Source: Eledone cirrhosa | Lineage: Eukaryota | Direction of reading: 5' to 3' | Assembly: GCA_964016885.1 (NCBI GenBank) | Contig: OZ024740.1 | Coordinates: 92,876,001 to 92,940,000, forward strand | Length of the DNA stretch: 64,000 bases | In this document: piece after piece, positions 34,721-49,656 of the stretch | Numbering within the stretch: the first letter of the stretch is position 1 | Layout: every line of letters begins with the position of its first letter | The notes under the pieces: generated by a model | Told to the model about the DNA's origin: nothing | What the model saw: only the letters and a program-made list of their open reading frames with translations | Databases searched by the model: none | Program-made: the position numbers and the translations under genes

Positions 34721-35315
34721 ATAGAGGTGTATATTTATATGTATAAAAATAGAGGTATATATATATATAATAATAAAATAAGATGCTGAGGTTAAGTATA
34801 TCGTTTAATCATAATAATTATTTCTACGGTTCTCTATGCAACCGAGATGTCTTTCATGTAACCTCTTCAGCACTTGCAGCGACATATCTTCTGGAACCTT
34901 CCTCAAACTGTACGGACTAGCACCGTAGAGGTGCTAGTTGCACACTTTTGCAATATTGTCCGTGGAAGGTGGGGATAGCACGGCAACCCCAGCGCCAGGC
35001 GAGCCTTGCATATCCTATAGAGGTGTATATTTATATGTATAAAAATAGAGGTATATATATATATAATAATAAAATAAGATGCTGAGGTTAAGTATATCGT
35101 TTAATCATAATAATTATTTCTACGCTTCTCTATGCAACCGAGATGTCCTTCATGTAACCTCTTCAGCACTTGCCGCCACAGATCTTCTGGAACCTTCCTC
35201 AAACTGTACGGACTAGCACCGTAGAGGTGCTAGTTGCACACTTTTCCAATATTGTCCGTGGAAGGTGGGGATAGCCTCGCGGCAACCCCAGCGCCGGGCT
35301 AGCCTTGCATATCCT
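34721..35315 (+). repeat. Direct tandem duplication of a ~296 bp unit
   Basis: atagaggtgtatatttatatg at 34721 and 35017; each unit has the hairpin ACTAGCACC-gtaga-GGTGCTAGT and an inverted half of the 36458 ribozyme. Confidence 0.9.
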
Positions 35316-36457
35316 ATTTGCACACCTTGATTCGCTCTGTGTACTTGTTTCCTGCCCTTTGTTCCCTATTCCACTATTTATATACCTACTGCTGTTTTTT
35401 ATGTATTTTGTCCAGTTTCTTTATTATTGTTTTCTCTAAATGTGTTCTCGTTTCTTCTGTTGGTTCCTGTTCCTACTTTCACCTCCCGTAACTCTCTTCC
35501 ATGGCCTAACAGCCCTTTTGATAGCATTGTTGCCACTGTGGTTGGGACTGAATGCTATGAGCATTGCTGGCCTTGTGTCTTCCAATGATAGAGGAGGATT
35601 GTATTAACTGGGAATGTTTTTATATATATATAAATACCCATCTATCTTTTCTATCCCATTTTCACCTTCTCGTTTCAACGGACTACTATTGTGGTTAGTT
35701 TAATTTTCCAGGAAGCGTGGCTTTTTTCCTGTTGCCGCCGTCGCCGTGTTGGAGTCATCGCTTGTCTTGTTGTTGTTATTGGTGTTACCAATGGCTTAAT
35801 ACTGACAGAGTTGATACCACCACTACTGCGACGAATGGGATGGGTGATGGGTGGTTTCGGTGGTTGTTGCCGTTATCATTGTTGTTGTTACTGTTTATAG
35901 TCATGGTGATTGATACCACCAATTCGATGTCCCCGCCTACCGCTAAAATCCTTTTTATTGCTTTGGCGTTATCGCTGTTTAAGGTTAACAGGGTGGTACC
36001 GTCACTGCGACGACTACGACCTGTATACACGACGCTGATCTGTGCTTTTGCTCTTGTTGTCGTTGTAAGTGTGTTTTACTGTAGCTGTTGTTTTAGTTGT
36101 TGTTGTCAATAGGGTGATGGTTTCAGCACGACTATTGCGACCAGTGTGGATAACTTTGGTCGGCGGTTTGATGTTATTGTCATTGTTGTTGTTGTAGTTG
36201 TCGTTGTCGTTTTTGTTGGCTATAGGTGGTTGTCAACTAAATGTATACCCACCCCCTCAGAGATCCCGGTGTTCCTTCAACTGTCTACTGGGTTTTGGTT
36301 GCACACATTTCTTCGTTCTTCTCGTCTCTTTTCGTTGATAGCTTTTTCTAACAAATGCGACGGCTGGCAAAACCTTCAAGGAACTCATATGTATGCTGGA
36401 CTCAGAGGCATTAGGATATGTATTTTCCTGCCAGCGGCATATCAAATATATCGAACT

Positions 36458-36545
36458 TCATCTGAGGAAACCGTTCTCATAATCAACAGCAAATGCATCA
36501 ATGACATCTCCATTGCATGGAGAACTGTAGAAATAACTATTATGA
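36458..36545 (+). ncRNA. Type I hammerhead ribozyme with long stem II
   Basis: TCAT CTGAGGA A-ACCGTTCTC...GAGAACTGT-A GAAA TAACTA TT / ATGA; the inverted copy near 34810 reads GAGAACCGTAGAAATAATTATTATGA (palindromic stem III). Confidence 0.65.
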
Positions 36546-36857
36546 TTAAACGTTATATGTAACCTCAGCATCTTATTTTATTATTTTTATAAAATTCTCC
36601 ATCGGAACTAAAACAACGATTGTTGAGAGCTTTCTCATGCTTACTCCTGTTTTTACCAAAACAATATTTTCCGAACACAATATATATATATATATATATA
36701 TATATTGAATAATCAAAAATCGTAGCGGTATGTCACAGCTCAAATTTTATATTTTGTCAGATGAAAACGTACTTAAACGCCATTGTAGCTTTGTAATATG
36801 TATAATAATATATATATTTTGATTATGAGGAATGTGTTTTTATTTATTAACATTGTG

Positions 36858-36910
<53 letters not shown>

Positions 36911-36989
36911 CATATTTCAAAGATACAATGCCGTTTAAGTACGTTTTCATCGTGGCATTATGGATAATCAACGTTACACCTCACAAGGA

Positions 36990-37512
36990 ACGAACTACAG
37001 AAAAGAATCACCATCGTATATGATTCCTCCAACTAGGCCACCGTGACAGCTACACATGTATAATGGAAATTAATAATTATAAACCTACCTTCAGAATCAA
37101 AGTTTAAACGATATGGTGTCATTCTTGTCTTTCCCAAGAAGAGGGCGGAGATCCTGGTCTTGGGATCAATCCTTGTAGAGAGGCACATGTGATCTTTTTT
37201 GGTTATTATTTAAATCCAATATGAAATAGATCAAAATATTTAACGCGAACGCTACTCCCGATCATAATCGAACTACAGACAACAGTAAGTATCGTCTTTG
37301 ATTCCTCCAGCTAGGTCGCTGAGATAGTTACAGAATTATAATGGAAATTCCTAATTAAAAACATACTTTCAAAATCAAATTTAAAAAGATATGGTTTCCC
37401 TGTACTATTAGTCATATTTAGGGTCGACTTGTTAATCTTCTGCCAATTAGGTAAGAAACATATGGTGTGTTTTTAACAGTTGAATACATTTAATTTCATT
37501 ATTTTAACAAAC
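36990..37512 (+). repeat. Unclassified dispersed repeat with an internal ~280 bp duplication
   Basis: gaactacaga...gattcctcc...ataatggaaatt...atatggt at 36991 and 37270; homologous stretch at about 42420-42670. Confidence 0.6.
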
Positions 37513-37560
37513 AAATAACACACACACACATACCCACACTCACACACACACAGACATACT

Positions 37561-37591
<31 letters not shown>

Positions 37592-37597
37592 TTATAT

Positions 37598-38119
37598 GTT
37601 GTTTGGAAGCCTCTTCAATGCAAATGGGTAAATCTCCGGGTAACAAGGTCCGGTGGTGGAGAGAGAGATGTAAGTGGGTGTACGTTGAGATGCGTGGTGT
37701 GTATAAGATGTGTGAGATGTGTAGAATGAGGGGAAGAGTATAAAGGATAAAAATAAAAATAACAACACAAGAGAGATGGGAGAGATTTAATAGTCCCTAT
37801 ATATTTCGGATTCACATCCATCAACTGGGGTTTTTTCCGGGGTGGGGGAAAAGGTTGTCTGTCGGACAAGTCCGAAACGCCTCTTTCGCTGTTTGTTGTT
37901 TTGAATATCTGAGGTTTATTAAATCTCTCCCAAGGTAACTCTCTCTTGTGTTGTTATTTTTATTTTTATCCTTTATACTCTTCCCTTCATTCTACACGTC
38001 TCACATATCTTATACACACCACGCATCTCAACGTACACCCACTTACATCTCTCTCTCCACCACCGGACCTTGTTACCCGGAGATTTACCCGTTTGCATTG
38101 TCGAGGCTTCCAAACGACT
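37598..38119. repeat. Fold-back inverted repeat (about 195 bp arms, 125 bp spacer) in (TA)n
   Basis: 37598-37791 is the reverse complement of 37917-38119. Confidence 0.9.
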
Positions 38120-38171
38120 TAAAGATATTTACTTATTGTTCCACAATGCTTCAAGCAAACTTCAATACTCT

Positions 38172-38211
<40 letters not shown>

Positions 38212-38222
<11 letters not shown>

Positions 38223-38480
38223 GAGAATGTCTGTGTGTGTAAATCCTTAAAATTCGACGAGTAACCGACCGATTTTTTTCAAACTTTACACATGCATTAC
38301 TTATATTTCCTGAGGTGGAAGAAGTGCAATGCGCTAAGGAAATGCTAACATTTTCTGCCCTAGAGCATTAGGCGAAAAATCATATTTTAAAGGCACTTTT
38401 AGGATTTTTTTAGGCGTGACTTAAAGATAATCCAGCCGATTTCCTCGAAAATTGTAGCACACATTATTTAGTCCCGTAGC
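38212..38480 (+). mobile_element. Helitron-like non-autonomous element 5' region
   Basis: (TA)n-AAAA..gtctgtgtgtgt..aaccgaccgatttttttcaaacttt pattern resembles Helitron 5' ends; no 3' CTAG end identified. Confidence 0.35.
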
Positions 38481-39237
38481 TTTGCTGTGGACGAAAACAA
38501 TTTCCGATTGCATTAATGGTTCCGATGATAATTATGAATTATCATTTGGGATTACATGCCGTATTTCTTTTCAATATAAATGCTACTTAAACATCCATCG
38601 TAAGTAGCGTATAATATTCCGTTAAAAATTTGGTTTATATAACAGAGGCAAAACGTTTACTTACTTTTAAGCACGACCATTTTCGGGGGATTGAGGAAAT
38701 GAAGAGGATCTTAACATTTTTGTCTGCGCCCTGTTGACGCTTCGGGCTTTCATCACGCGCAAATCCAGTCCTTGTGTACGCTGCCATGTTATTGACAACG
38801 TAAACATTATGTCTCTGCTACTTCTAGTAAGACCACTTTAGTTGCACCTACACTGCAGTAAGAACGCCCTGAGCAAGTACACCAAATAGCGGTTGAGCTA
38901 ATTCCGCGGTGACCTCTTTTGTAGCACCTTTGTTGCAGTGTAATCGCAGTGCAACCAGTGCCGCCCAGCGTTTGTGCTAATTGCACTAGGTCCTCTTCTG
39001 CTTTAACTGTGTTGCCACGCTGATTTCGTCATCTCAATATCACTACTTCAACGTACATCCCTGCTTGGTTTTCATACAATTGACTACGTCTGTCCTCAAT
39101 CATTCCCTGAGAATAAGGGAATTGAAAATGTACACAGCAACATTCCGCAATCTTTGTAAATGCGTTTTGCTATATCACGTTCAACTTTGGAGCCTGCTGC
39201 TAATATATATACATATTTGTATATAAAATATATATAT

Positions 39238-39345
<108 letters not shown>

Positions 39346-39346
39346 G

Positions 39347-39718
<372 letters not shown>

Positions 39719-39903
39719 ATAATAATAAATGGGGAGACTAAAATCCGATGAGGGATTGCCGAGGATAATATATAAATGATAATATAAAAAACCCGTTAAG
39801 GGTGAAAGCAGCTATTCTTTGCTTAAACTTTAATCTTTTATTTTTATATATACATATCACATAAGAAACGGATAATCAGTGCTGCGACGAATAATATTTA
39901 TTA

Positions 39904-39998
39904 GATATATTACAATCGTTTCTCTGGTGACTAGCTCCAAGAACGATCGATGTAATGATCAAATCTGACTCTGAAATCGCAATCTCCTCAGATGCGTC
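39904..39998 (-). ncRNA. Type I hammerhead with long stem II (decayed copy)
   Basis: GACGCAT CTGAGGA ... GAAAC GATT GTA / ATATATC; two stem I mismatches. Confidence 0.55.
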
Positions 39999-42204
39999 TT
40001 GATTCTACGAGGCAGAGTTTCGAAATGCCCAGTTACACACGCGGGCTTCACTCGGTAACTTAGATCCTATTGTTGTCTTTCAATGAGTGGTCAAGAATTG
40101 TACACGTCATCGGTATTTTTGGCCACTCATGGCCGTCGTATATTTGGCTCCTTTCATGTGCCACCAGTCAATCAAAGTTGTTTCTAAAATCGGAATTACT
40201 ACTGTAGAAAGTAAGGGGTTGTATGATTGAAACGCTCGCTCCCTGCCGCAGCCTTCTCAACCTGTAGGCGCTCGCACCCATGTCCAAGCGTGAGACACAT
40301 GGGCACTTATACACCCTTATCGATCACATACACATCCGCAACTGTATTATATGCGACAATCACAGTAAATATTGAATGTGCAGCGAATACTTAGAAATCA
40401 TTTTTCTTTAAATGGAAAAAGATTTAAAATAAATTTCAGAAAAACACACCCTCAAAATCCCTTAAAAGACACACATTTAAAAAAAAAAAACCTATAAAAG
40501 GAACGTTTTTAAAAGAATGCTTGAAATAGCTTTTGAAAAGGTTATTTCAAAGGTATTTTTGATAAATATACACATATCTACACACACACACTGTACTCAG
40601 GAAAGCATGTATAGTTAAGATGCTGCACATATATACAGATGAAAAAAGGGAAGATCTACACATACATGTGCATGCATTATACATATATGTTCATACAAAT
40701 ACAGCCACCCTGGCATGCATACACATGCATGTATCATCTGTGCGTGCACACACATACATACATGTACCCGCGCATGAGCATGCTTATACATCTCAAAAAG
40801 AGTACATACTTGATGATTACCTATATATCCACACACACACACCTGTGCACATGGCGCATAAAATATCATATAAGACAACATTCTTGAGGCTTGGACCGAA
40901 TCCATTCATGTGGCGATATAATCCTGAAAGTGCATGCACAATGTCCATAAATGCAATAGCTACGTAGCAGCCATGCACCTATCATAGGTAACATGGGGGT
41001 GGGGAGAATATATATATATGCGTGAACGTACATAAATAAAATAAAATAAAATAAAATAAAATAAAATGAAATATGATAAAATAAAATACTGGAAAAAGGA
41101 ATGTATACTTGACAAAGTTGCCACAAAGTCCGCCACTCGGACAGTATTGGGATGTCCATAAAGTTGCATAAAATACTTTAGGACTGTGATGCATATGGTT
41201 ATATAAGATACAGAAGGACTGACGATCCAAGGGACTGGGCAAGAACCTGCACATCAACCATGCACATGAGACAGGTTTCATGGCCGGTGGACACAGCGGA
41301 CCGTGTGTGCATACATGAACAAGTTATATATATTGTGAATGTGTAGAATATCCTTTTCATAATGGTATCTATGAAATGTACATGGAATGGATGCATACAT
41401 GGAATATATCGGGAATGTAGAGAATATGTGTTTCATAACCGTATATATGAAATGTACATGGAATGGATGCATAAGTGGAATATACCAGCAGCTTGTGTTG
41501 TAGGCATGTATATAGCAACGGCATGCAAGGTTAGAATTAACTGCAACATTAACCTTAAGACCAGCATCAAGTCCAACATCAAAGTTGCAAATAAAACATC
41601 ACGAATCGAAAATTAAAAATTAAAAATCAAAAATCGAAATTGAAATTCAAAACCACACGTACAGTTGTAGTCAAAATCAGACTTATATTGAGTCAACGTC
41701 CCCAAGTTGGTGGGACAGTGTTATCCAAGGTACGATACGAGGTAGGTATGGTTGGATCTGTTGATATCAGCTTGTTCCGCCTTGCATTCATAAGTATGCT
41801 GTGGCATATCGTGGTCCGCTGCATGCGCCCCACCTGGCATTGTCATACCGGTAGTGCCTTAGATAGACCACTCCAGTATCACTAAAGCGGAGAGCGTGCA
41901 TTTACGTTGGTATCTGCAGGCCATGATGATTTCAGATTTGAGGTTGACAGCGTCACCCTTTATTTTACTATCTCCATAGCTTCGGACAGGCACAACTTGC
42001 ACCTCATCACGCCAGCTGAGTATACTTTCGCGCGCTGGACAATACTCAGCTGATGTCAAAATCTGTGACACTGTCTATGAGTCTCCATATGAGGTCCGCC
42101 AGTCTGGTGGAGTGTCTCTTGTTCCTATCTTTGAACGAGATTTTGTGGTTCTACATCCTCGATTTAAAATATAGTGGATGTATCTATATATATAGAGGTA
42201 TCAC

Positions 42205-42300
42205 GACGTATCTGAGGACGTTGCGATTTTCAGATTCTGGTTAGATCATCATATCGATCGTGCCTCGAGCTAGTCGCCATAGAAACGATTGTAATATGTC
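42205..42300 (+). ncRNA. Type I hammerhead ribozyme with long stem II
   Basis: GACGTAT CTGAGGA C-GTTGCGATT...AGTCGCCAT-A GAAAC-GATT-GTA / ATATGTC: 7-bp stem I, GUA triplet. Confidence 0.75.
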
Positions 42301-42669
42301 CAATAAATTCCATTCGCCGCAACACTGGTTCTCTACGAGAGTATCGAGTGCTCAAACGGCCTACCGCATACGGACACTTTAAGCATTCTACACTCGAGCG
42401 CCTTACCAGGATCTAATCAGAGATAATAATCACCACCATCTTTGATTCCTCAAGCTGGGCCGCCGGCTCAGCCACAAAAGTATAATAACAATTAATAATT
42501 ATAAACCTACTTTCAAAATAACATTTGAAATATGTGGTTTCGTTCACGGCTTTCCTAGAGATATTAATCATATTTTGGGCCGACTTTTCCATAAACGTCT
42601 GGTAATTTAGTAACAACCTTATTATTCATATCTGTTGAATTAATTTAATTTTATTAATTTCACAAACTC

Positions 42670-42711
<42 letters not shown>

Positions 42712-42725
42712 GGAAAAAAATGTGC

Positions 42726-42915
42726 ACCCGACGGCAGAGCTGAAGCCGTTTCGACGGCTATTTCTTGACTGAATTTAGTCCAGAAATAGCCGTCGAAACG
42801 GCTTGAGCTCTGCCGTCTGGGTCATACTTTTTTCCTATTACCCAATCTACTACCCTAAGTATTGAGTACTCTGGTGCGTTACCGTCCATCTGGTTCCTTA
42901 CCACAACTCCTTCAT
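42726..42915 (+). repeat. Near-perfect palindrome built from two 3' halves of the 20693 ribozyme, plus pLTR tail
   Basis: acccgacggcagagctgaagccgtttcgacggctatttcttgact / agtccagaaatagccgtcgaaacggcttgagctctgccgtctgggt. Confidence 0.85.
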
Positions 42916-43005
42916 TATATATATATATATATAAAGAATAAAACATGAAATCGAAAATGTAACTGGTGTCTTATTTCTTTTAAAATATATTTATTTATTT
43001 GGTTC

Positions 43006-43041
43006 CTTTACCGGTTTCGCAGTTTTTCTGCTTTTCAAAAG
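43006..43041 (-). ncRNA. Minimal type I hammerhead with U3-A8 core
   Basis: CTT TTGAAAA GCAG-AAAAA-CTGC GAAA CCGG TA / AAG; palindromic ACCGGT; lies in a pLTR-like segment (about 42940-43380) related to 14200-14557. Confidence 0.65.
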
Positions 43042-43380
43042 TAGAGTTGAGTTGGAGGGTCTGTGGTTTTTCTCCGTCTGGTTGGTCTCTGAATGTTACT
43101 TGTTTTATATAGAAAAAAGTGGCTCGAAATGCCAGGTTTTTAGAGAAGTAATTTGATTGTTTGGTCAATAATTATGAACGATTTCGCGCCAGTTCTCGTT
43201 ACAAAGTTCTTCAAACAAGGAGGGGGGCACAGGTTGTTTTTTTCGTATATGAGTGTTTGAATTTCTTTGTACTTAAAAAAGGCGCTCACCAAGGCTTTTT
43301 TTAATAATCATAATTTGATTGGTTATAAATGAAATTATGGCTGTCATGTGAACAAGTTTTCATTAAATTTTCGCGCCCAT

Positions 43381-44096
<716 letters not shown>

Positions 44097-44126
44097 AAAG
44101 AATAGATGTGTAACACACACGTTATT

Positions 44127-44772
44127 ATATATTGGTAAACGGAATAGAAAATGCTGACAAATTGTTCACAGTTGAAAAATAGTTTAATTAGGAATAAAAG
44201 AGTATTAGTAATTGTATGGGTTAGTATTCAGTTGTGGTTTTAAGTTTTTTTAAGTTTTCATCGGTTGCGCATTACTAAATGCTTTTCAAAAATAATTTTG
44301 AGATAGAGTGTCCGTGTTGTTTGCTCTGATCTGATTAGTTTTGGGAATTCTACCTGTTTTTATGTTAAAACAGTGGCTCCTGCGCTACTTTGGTGTTGCA
44401 AAAATTCTTGTGGTCAAAATTATTTTGATTGGTCGGTAGAGGTCATGTGAACGTAAAGAATTTATTTTGACCACAATAATTATTTACCACAAGAATTTTT
44501 GCAACACTAAAGTAGCGTTGGTGCCACTTCTTTTAACATAAAAACAGGTAGAATTCCCAAAACTAATCAGATCAGAGCAAACAACACGGACACTCTATCT
44601 CAAAATTATTTTTGAAAAGCACTTAGAAATGCGCAACCGGTAAAAAATTAAAAACTTAAAACCACAACTGAATACTAACCCATACAATTACTAATACTCT
44701 TTTATTCCTAATTAAACTATTTTTCAACTGTGAACAATTTGTCAGCATTTTCTATTCCGTTCACCAATATAT
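44127..44772. repeat. Fold-back pair of pLTR fragments from the 12030-14557 PLE family
   Basis: 44127-44415 is the reverse complement of 44486-44772; both match 14200-14557. Confidence 0.9.
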
Positions 44773-44807
44773 TTATATATATATATATATACATAGCGGC
44801 GATGAAT

Positions 44808-45224
<417 letters not shown>

Positions 45225-46242
45225 CATATATATATTTATATATATATATATATATACGGGATAACAGGTTATGGTTATGGCAGTCCAGTTGGAGTATTTC
45301 TGGTAGTGGGTAGTATTAAAGTGTGGCTTAGTTTGACTCAACAAGGCGTTTCCATGGTGATGCGGCGAGTTCGCGATGATTTCTATGTAGTTTATACTTG
45401 GAGTAATAATAATTCAAGAAAGAAGAATGACATGGTTGGCTATACAATAAGAGCTGTATTCACATTGCTGATAATTGTTTCTTTGATCTGGCAGGTCTAG
45501 AGTTCGCTATACGCCAGATTTTGCGCCAATCGACCTCCAATACTTTGTTTATAACCTGACTTTATCATCGGAGCGGGTGAAATTAAGAAATTACATAAGG
45601 CATTGTTTTTATATAAGTGTGATATTAAACCAGAACAATCATTTCAATAATAAAATAAAATAACTAGATAGCAGACAATTAAAATAATTACATCAATATA
45701 AGTAAGAGATATAGTGTAATGGATAATCTAGCATGTTAAACAGACGGAATTGACATGTGAAAACTGCTATAGGGTACATTAGATATAGTGATAGGGTAGC
45801 GACTAGATGACAGTAACCACTCAGATGTACTTGGAGACAGAATTTATGAGGTATCCACCGTGTTGTAGGTATTCTAGCAATAAACCGGAGATTTACTTTT
45901 TATTCTTTTATTATTTGACAGATAAACATATTCGTTTGATTAATTTAGTGATGATGATAATTTGTATGTGGTGTTAAATAGAGTTGTAGATTCGTTATTT
46001 AAGTGGCCTATACTAAAGGTGGGGATTGTTAGTTCGAAACGTGGGGGTTTAGTTTTCATAGCATCAATATCAAGTCGTGTCTAAATAAGACAGTGATAAT
46101 AACAATAATAGAAGGTAGTAAAGTAGTAAAATGTGCATGCTATGTATATAGAACATGATACATAATTGTAGGGCTACATTGAGATGTTCATAATACTAAT
46201 AAGAATAATAAGAATAATAAGAAGAAACTGAGATTCCAAGGG

Positions 46243-46280
<38 letters not shown>

Positions 46281-46529
46281 CTTCTACATAAACTGGAAAC
46301 ATTCTCCCAAACTTGTAGAAAACTTATAATGAAACAATTGTTTGGAAAGAGAGATATACTTTAACTTTAATTATATCTCATAAAATAATACAACTGTTTT
46401 TTCCACATTATACCTATTGTTAGCACCCCAAACACTTAAATTGGGTTTATATTTTAATATAACCTAATGTTTGTTGAGTGAGATGGTTACCAGTCAGAGT
46501 TTAGCTTTAAACTATCTCTGTTATTGTAT

Positions 46530-46659
<130 letters not shown>

Positions 46660-47069
46660 ATTGATATATATATATAGATATATATGTGTGTTTACGTGTT
46701 TGTACGTACGTTTGGTTAGGATTTAACAAAATGAGTTTCCAAGGATTAGTGTTTAACTTTCGGTTTAGATCGTCCGCCATATAATTTTTCACCACAGGAT
46801 AGTTCTAGTGTTCCTCATGATCTTCTCGTCGAATATATGCCACAATTATTTTAAGCTAAAATTATATTGAAACGTTTCAACACAGTTACGTTATTTCATT
46901 TAGACTTGCTTAACCTATGCAGCAGGGTGAATTACATTGTAGATCGATCTTCTTTAGATATATTGCTTTGAAATTGATCACACGCTAGATGACTTGGTCA
47001 GTATTAGCAAGACACACCCTAGCATCATTTGTTCCATTAAACCTATATCTGTCTTCCTCACTTTATAAA

Positions 47070-47123
<54 letters not shown>

Positions 47124-48190
47124 TGGACGTGTTGTGTTTATGTATATTATGAAAGTAAATATATTTAATTACATGTCTTTTTATGGTCATGTTCCATCAA
47201 ATGATCTGAAAGCAAATTATATATCAACCTTATTTTGATGATTTTTAAAATTTGGAAACATTAACGTAATATATCGTATGTGTTTACATAAACATTTTCT
47301 TCTTTTATTATGCTATAATTACTGCGAATATTTCAGCTCTCAGAGAGCTATTTATTTGTAAGAAGGAGAAAACAAACATATCATTAATGTATTTCCTAAT
47401 TCTATTTCAATGGCGTCTCTATTCCATATAGTGCAACAAAGTCAAAATATATTCAATTTAGAGCAGCAGAATATATACTATGTTATGTCCTATGTTATAT
47501 GCCAATAGGTGTAAATATCCTATATGATATTCACACCTAAAATATCCTATATGACATTCTCACCTAAAATATCACCCTGTAAACGATATATGTGTGATAT
47601 CTGCGTTACTCCAGATTTTGTTAAAGATTCCTTCTCATACATATAGTTTTTAGAATATGGTATGATATATAATATTGTTGTATTGTATTGCTGAGCGTTC
47701 TCCATCAAGGAAACATAAGAAATGTTCATATTGATTAACTGCTGTAATCTATGATTCGGTGTACAACCAAACTGTGCAAAAACTTATATGTGTTTACTCA
47801 CTGTATTAGCTACAACGTTTAAGATGATTATTTCTATTTTGTTTTCAGTGTATATCGATTATATTCCACACTAAAAATCTATCGCATTACTCTTATTTGT
47901 TTTTCTGCTATATTACTATAGGGTGTATTACTATGTTTCGGGTGCTTTGTACGAAACTACAATCTCAAAACTGTACACCCTTTCATACACATATGATACC
48001 TCTAAACGTAATCCATCTACAGCTACAACTTGGACACATTATCACTGACAAAATATGAAATATATTCTTTAATTTACTTAATGTGAATATCTGTTGAAGT
48101 ACACAGCCAATATTTTGAAGGATATTGTTTATTACTATGATATAAACTTTCAAATTTAACATATATGCTACACCGCATTATTCTACGTGT

Positions 48191-48368
48191 ATTGGCAGTA
48201 TCGGTAGAGGGTCGGACGCCATGCTTTCCAGCATAGTTACGTCCCTTTACCATCTGAGTTCAAATCCCGCCGAGGTTGACTTTGCCTTTCATCCTTACGG
48301 GGTCGATAAAATAAAGTACCAGTAATGCACTGGTAATTGCTGGCCTTGTGCCTAAAGTAGAAACAATT
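48191..48368 (+). mobile_element. tRNA-derived SINE copy with TSD
   Basis: A/B boxes (TGGCAGTATCGG, GAGTTCAAATCCC); ATTATTCTACGTGTATT on both flanks. Confidence 0.9.
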
Positions 48369-49656
48369 ATTCTACGTGTATTAATCACAGGGTAGAACAT
48401 ATCTCGAACATATCACCTTAGAGGAATATTTTCAAACATATTTGGCCGATACTTAAGAATGAATATATGATATGTTGTTGAAGACAAATTATATATGTTT
48501 CATGAAATGACACAATATTAATTAATGTTTCTTATACATAAGTTATTTTCGCGTTACATATGCTATACATATGTCACAAGGCAAAACTAATCAACATTGT
48601 TAAAGTGTTATTCATTGCTCAAAACTGCCATGGAAATTAAATTTGACTATGAGTAACAGTTGAAAGCTATTTCCTGACAGGAACAATAAGAGTTAATGTA
48701 TTATACAATTTGGGATATTTATACGGAGTCAAATCGTGACACGACATTTTATAAGATATCAAATATCACCACTTAGGATGAGATGTAAGATTATATGCGT
48801 TCAATTTTGCATGAACTTTTACGAAGATTGTAACATGTGCTATATTCATGATTTACTGTGGATTTATGGTCCTACAAGGTGGTGAGTTATATTTTGCTTT
48901 GAAATATAAACTAGTGTCAAGGAAATTTATTGAAGACATTACAAAATTGTAATTTTAGATATACTGGATCGAGCAGAAGAAAGAGAAACGACATAAATAT
49001 TAAATAAAGAGTATCGCACCAGAATATGTAGATATATTGAACAAAACCTGCAACGCCATATTATTAATATGATACTTTTATAAAACAAAATGGAGGTAAT
49101 ATATTGAACACAAAATAAAATGATATGAATAGCAAAACTGTTGAGCAACATTTGCTTGAAAATTTAAATTTTGTGAGATCATAAAGAGGAAATATTATGG
49201 TGCATTTTCAGGAAACGTTATAATGAAACATGTATCTGTTCAAATACTCAGGTGGCAATAGAAATCAGCGGGTAACTTCGGCGCAATTGACATAAGAATA
49301 TCAGACAAAATTATATCATGTATATTTAGAACTTGTGTATCAGTGATTGCGAAAATTGGTTGTTGAAAACTTGAGAACGTTAGTTCCGATTGTATGCAAA
49401 TATGTATTGAAATACTTGATGCATACAAGGCAGAGAAATTTCGTAAATGATCCTTAGTCATAGTTTGGGTTACTGTGGGCACAAGCAACTGCAACATAAA
49501 GAACAACAAAAACAACAACAGCAAGTTTAATACGTTAGAATCGTTACATAGCTGTTTGACAAGTACTGCAAGTCAGTAAAGCCCGGACACCGGACGAATG
49601 CAGATAAAAGGGTTTCCTCACTGTGCATGAATGTATGAGGGTACGTGTCATTAAGT

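Larger units (their letters stand above)
39850..42335 (-). mobile_element. 5'-truncated Penelope-like element (GIY-YIG C-terminus + long 3' UTR) with inverted pLTR
   Basis: Manual minus-strand translation of 41900-42170: FKSRM*NHKISFKDRNKRHSTRLADLIWRL...VQRAKVYSAGVMRCKLCLSEAMEI...NLKSEIIMACRY; 42205-42335 is the reverse complement of about 39875-39998. Confidence 0.75.

Noticed and set aside
42048-42056. In-frame TGA in the PLE endonuclease remnant as selenocysteine
   Set aside because: It falls where Trp is expected, amid other stops and frameshifts; decay is the simpler explanation.
47512-47577. 28-bp tandem duplication (also a ~77-bp one at 41354-41473)
   Set aside because: Ordinary local slippage duplications with no further structure.
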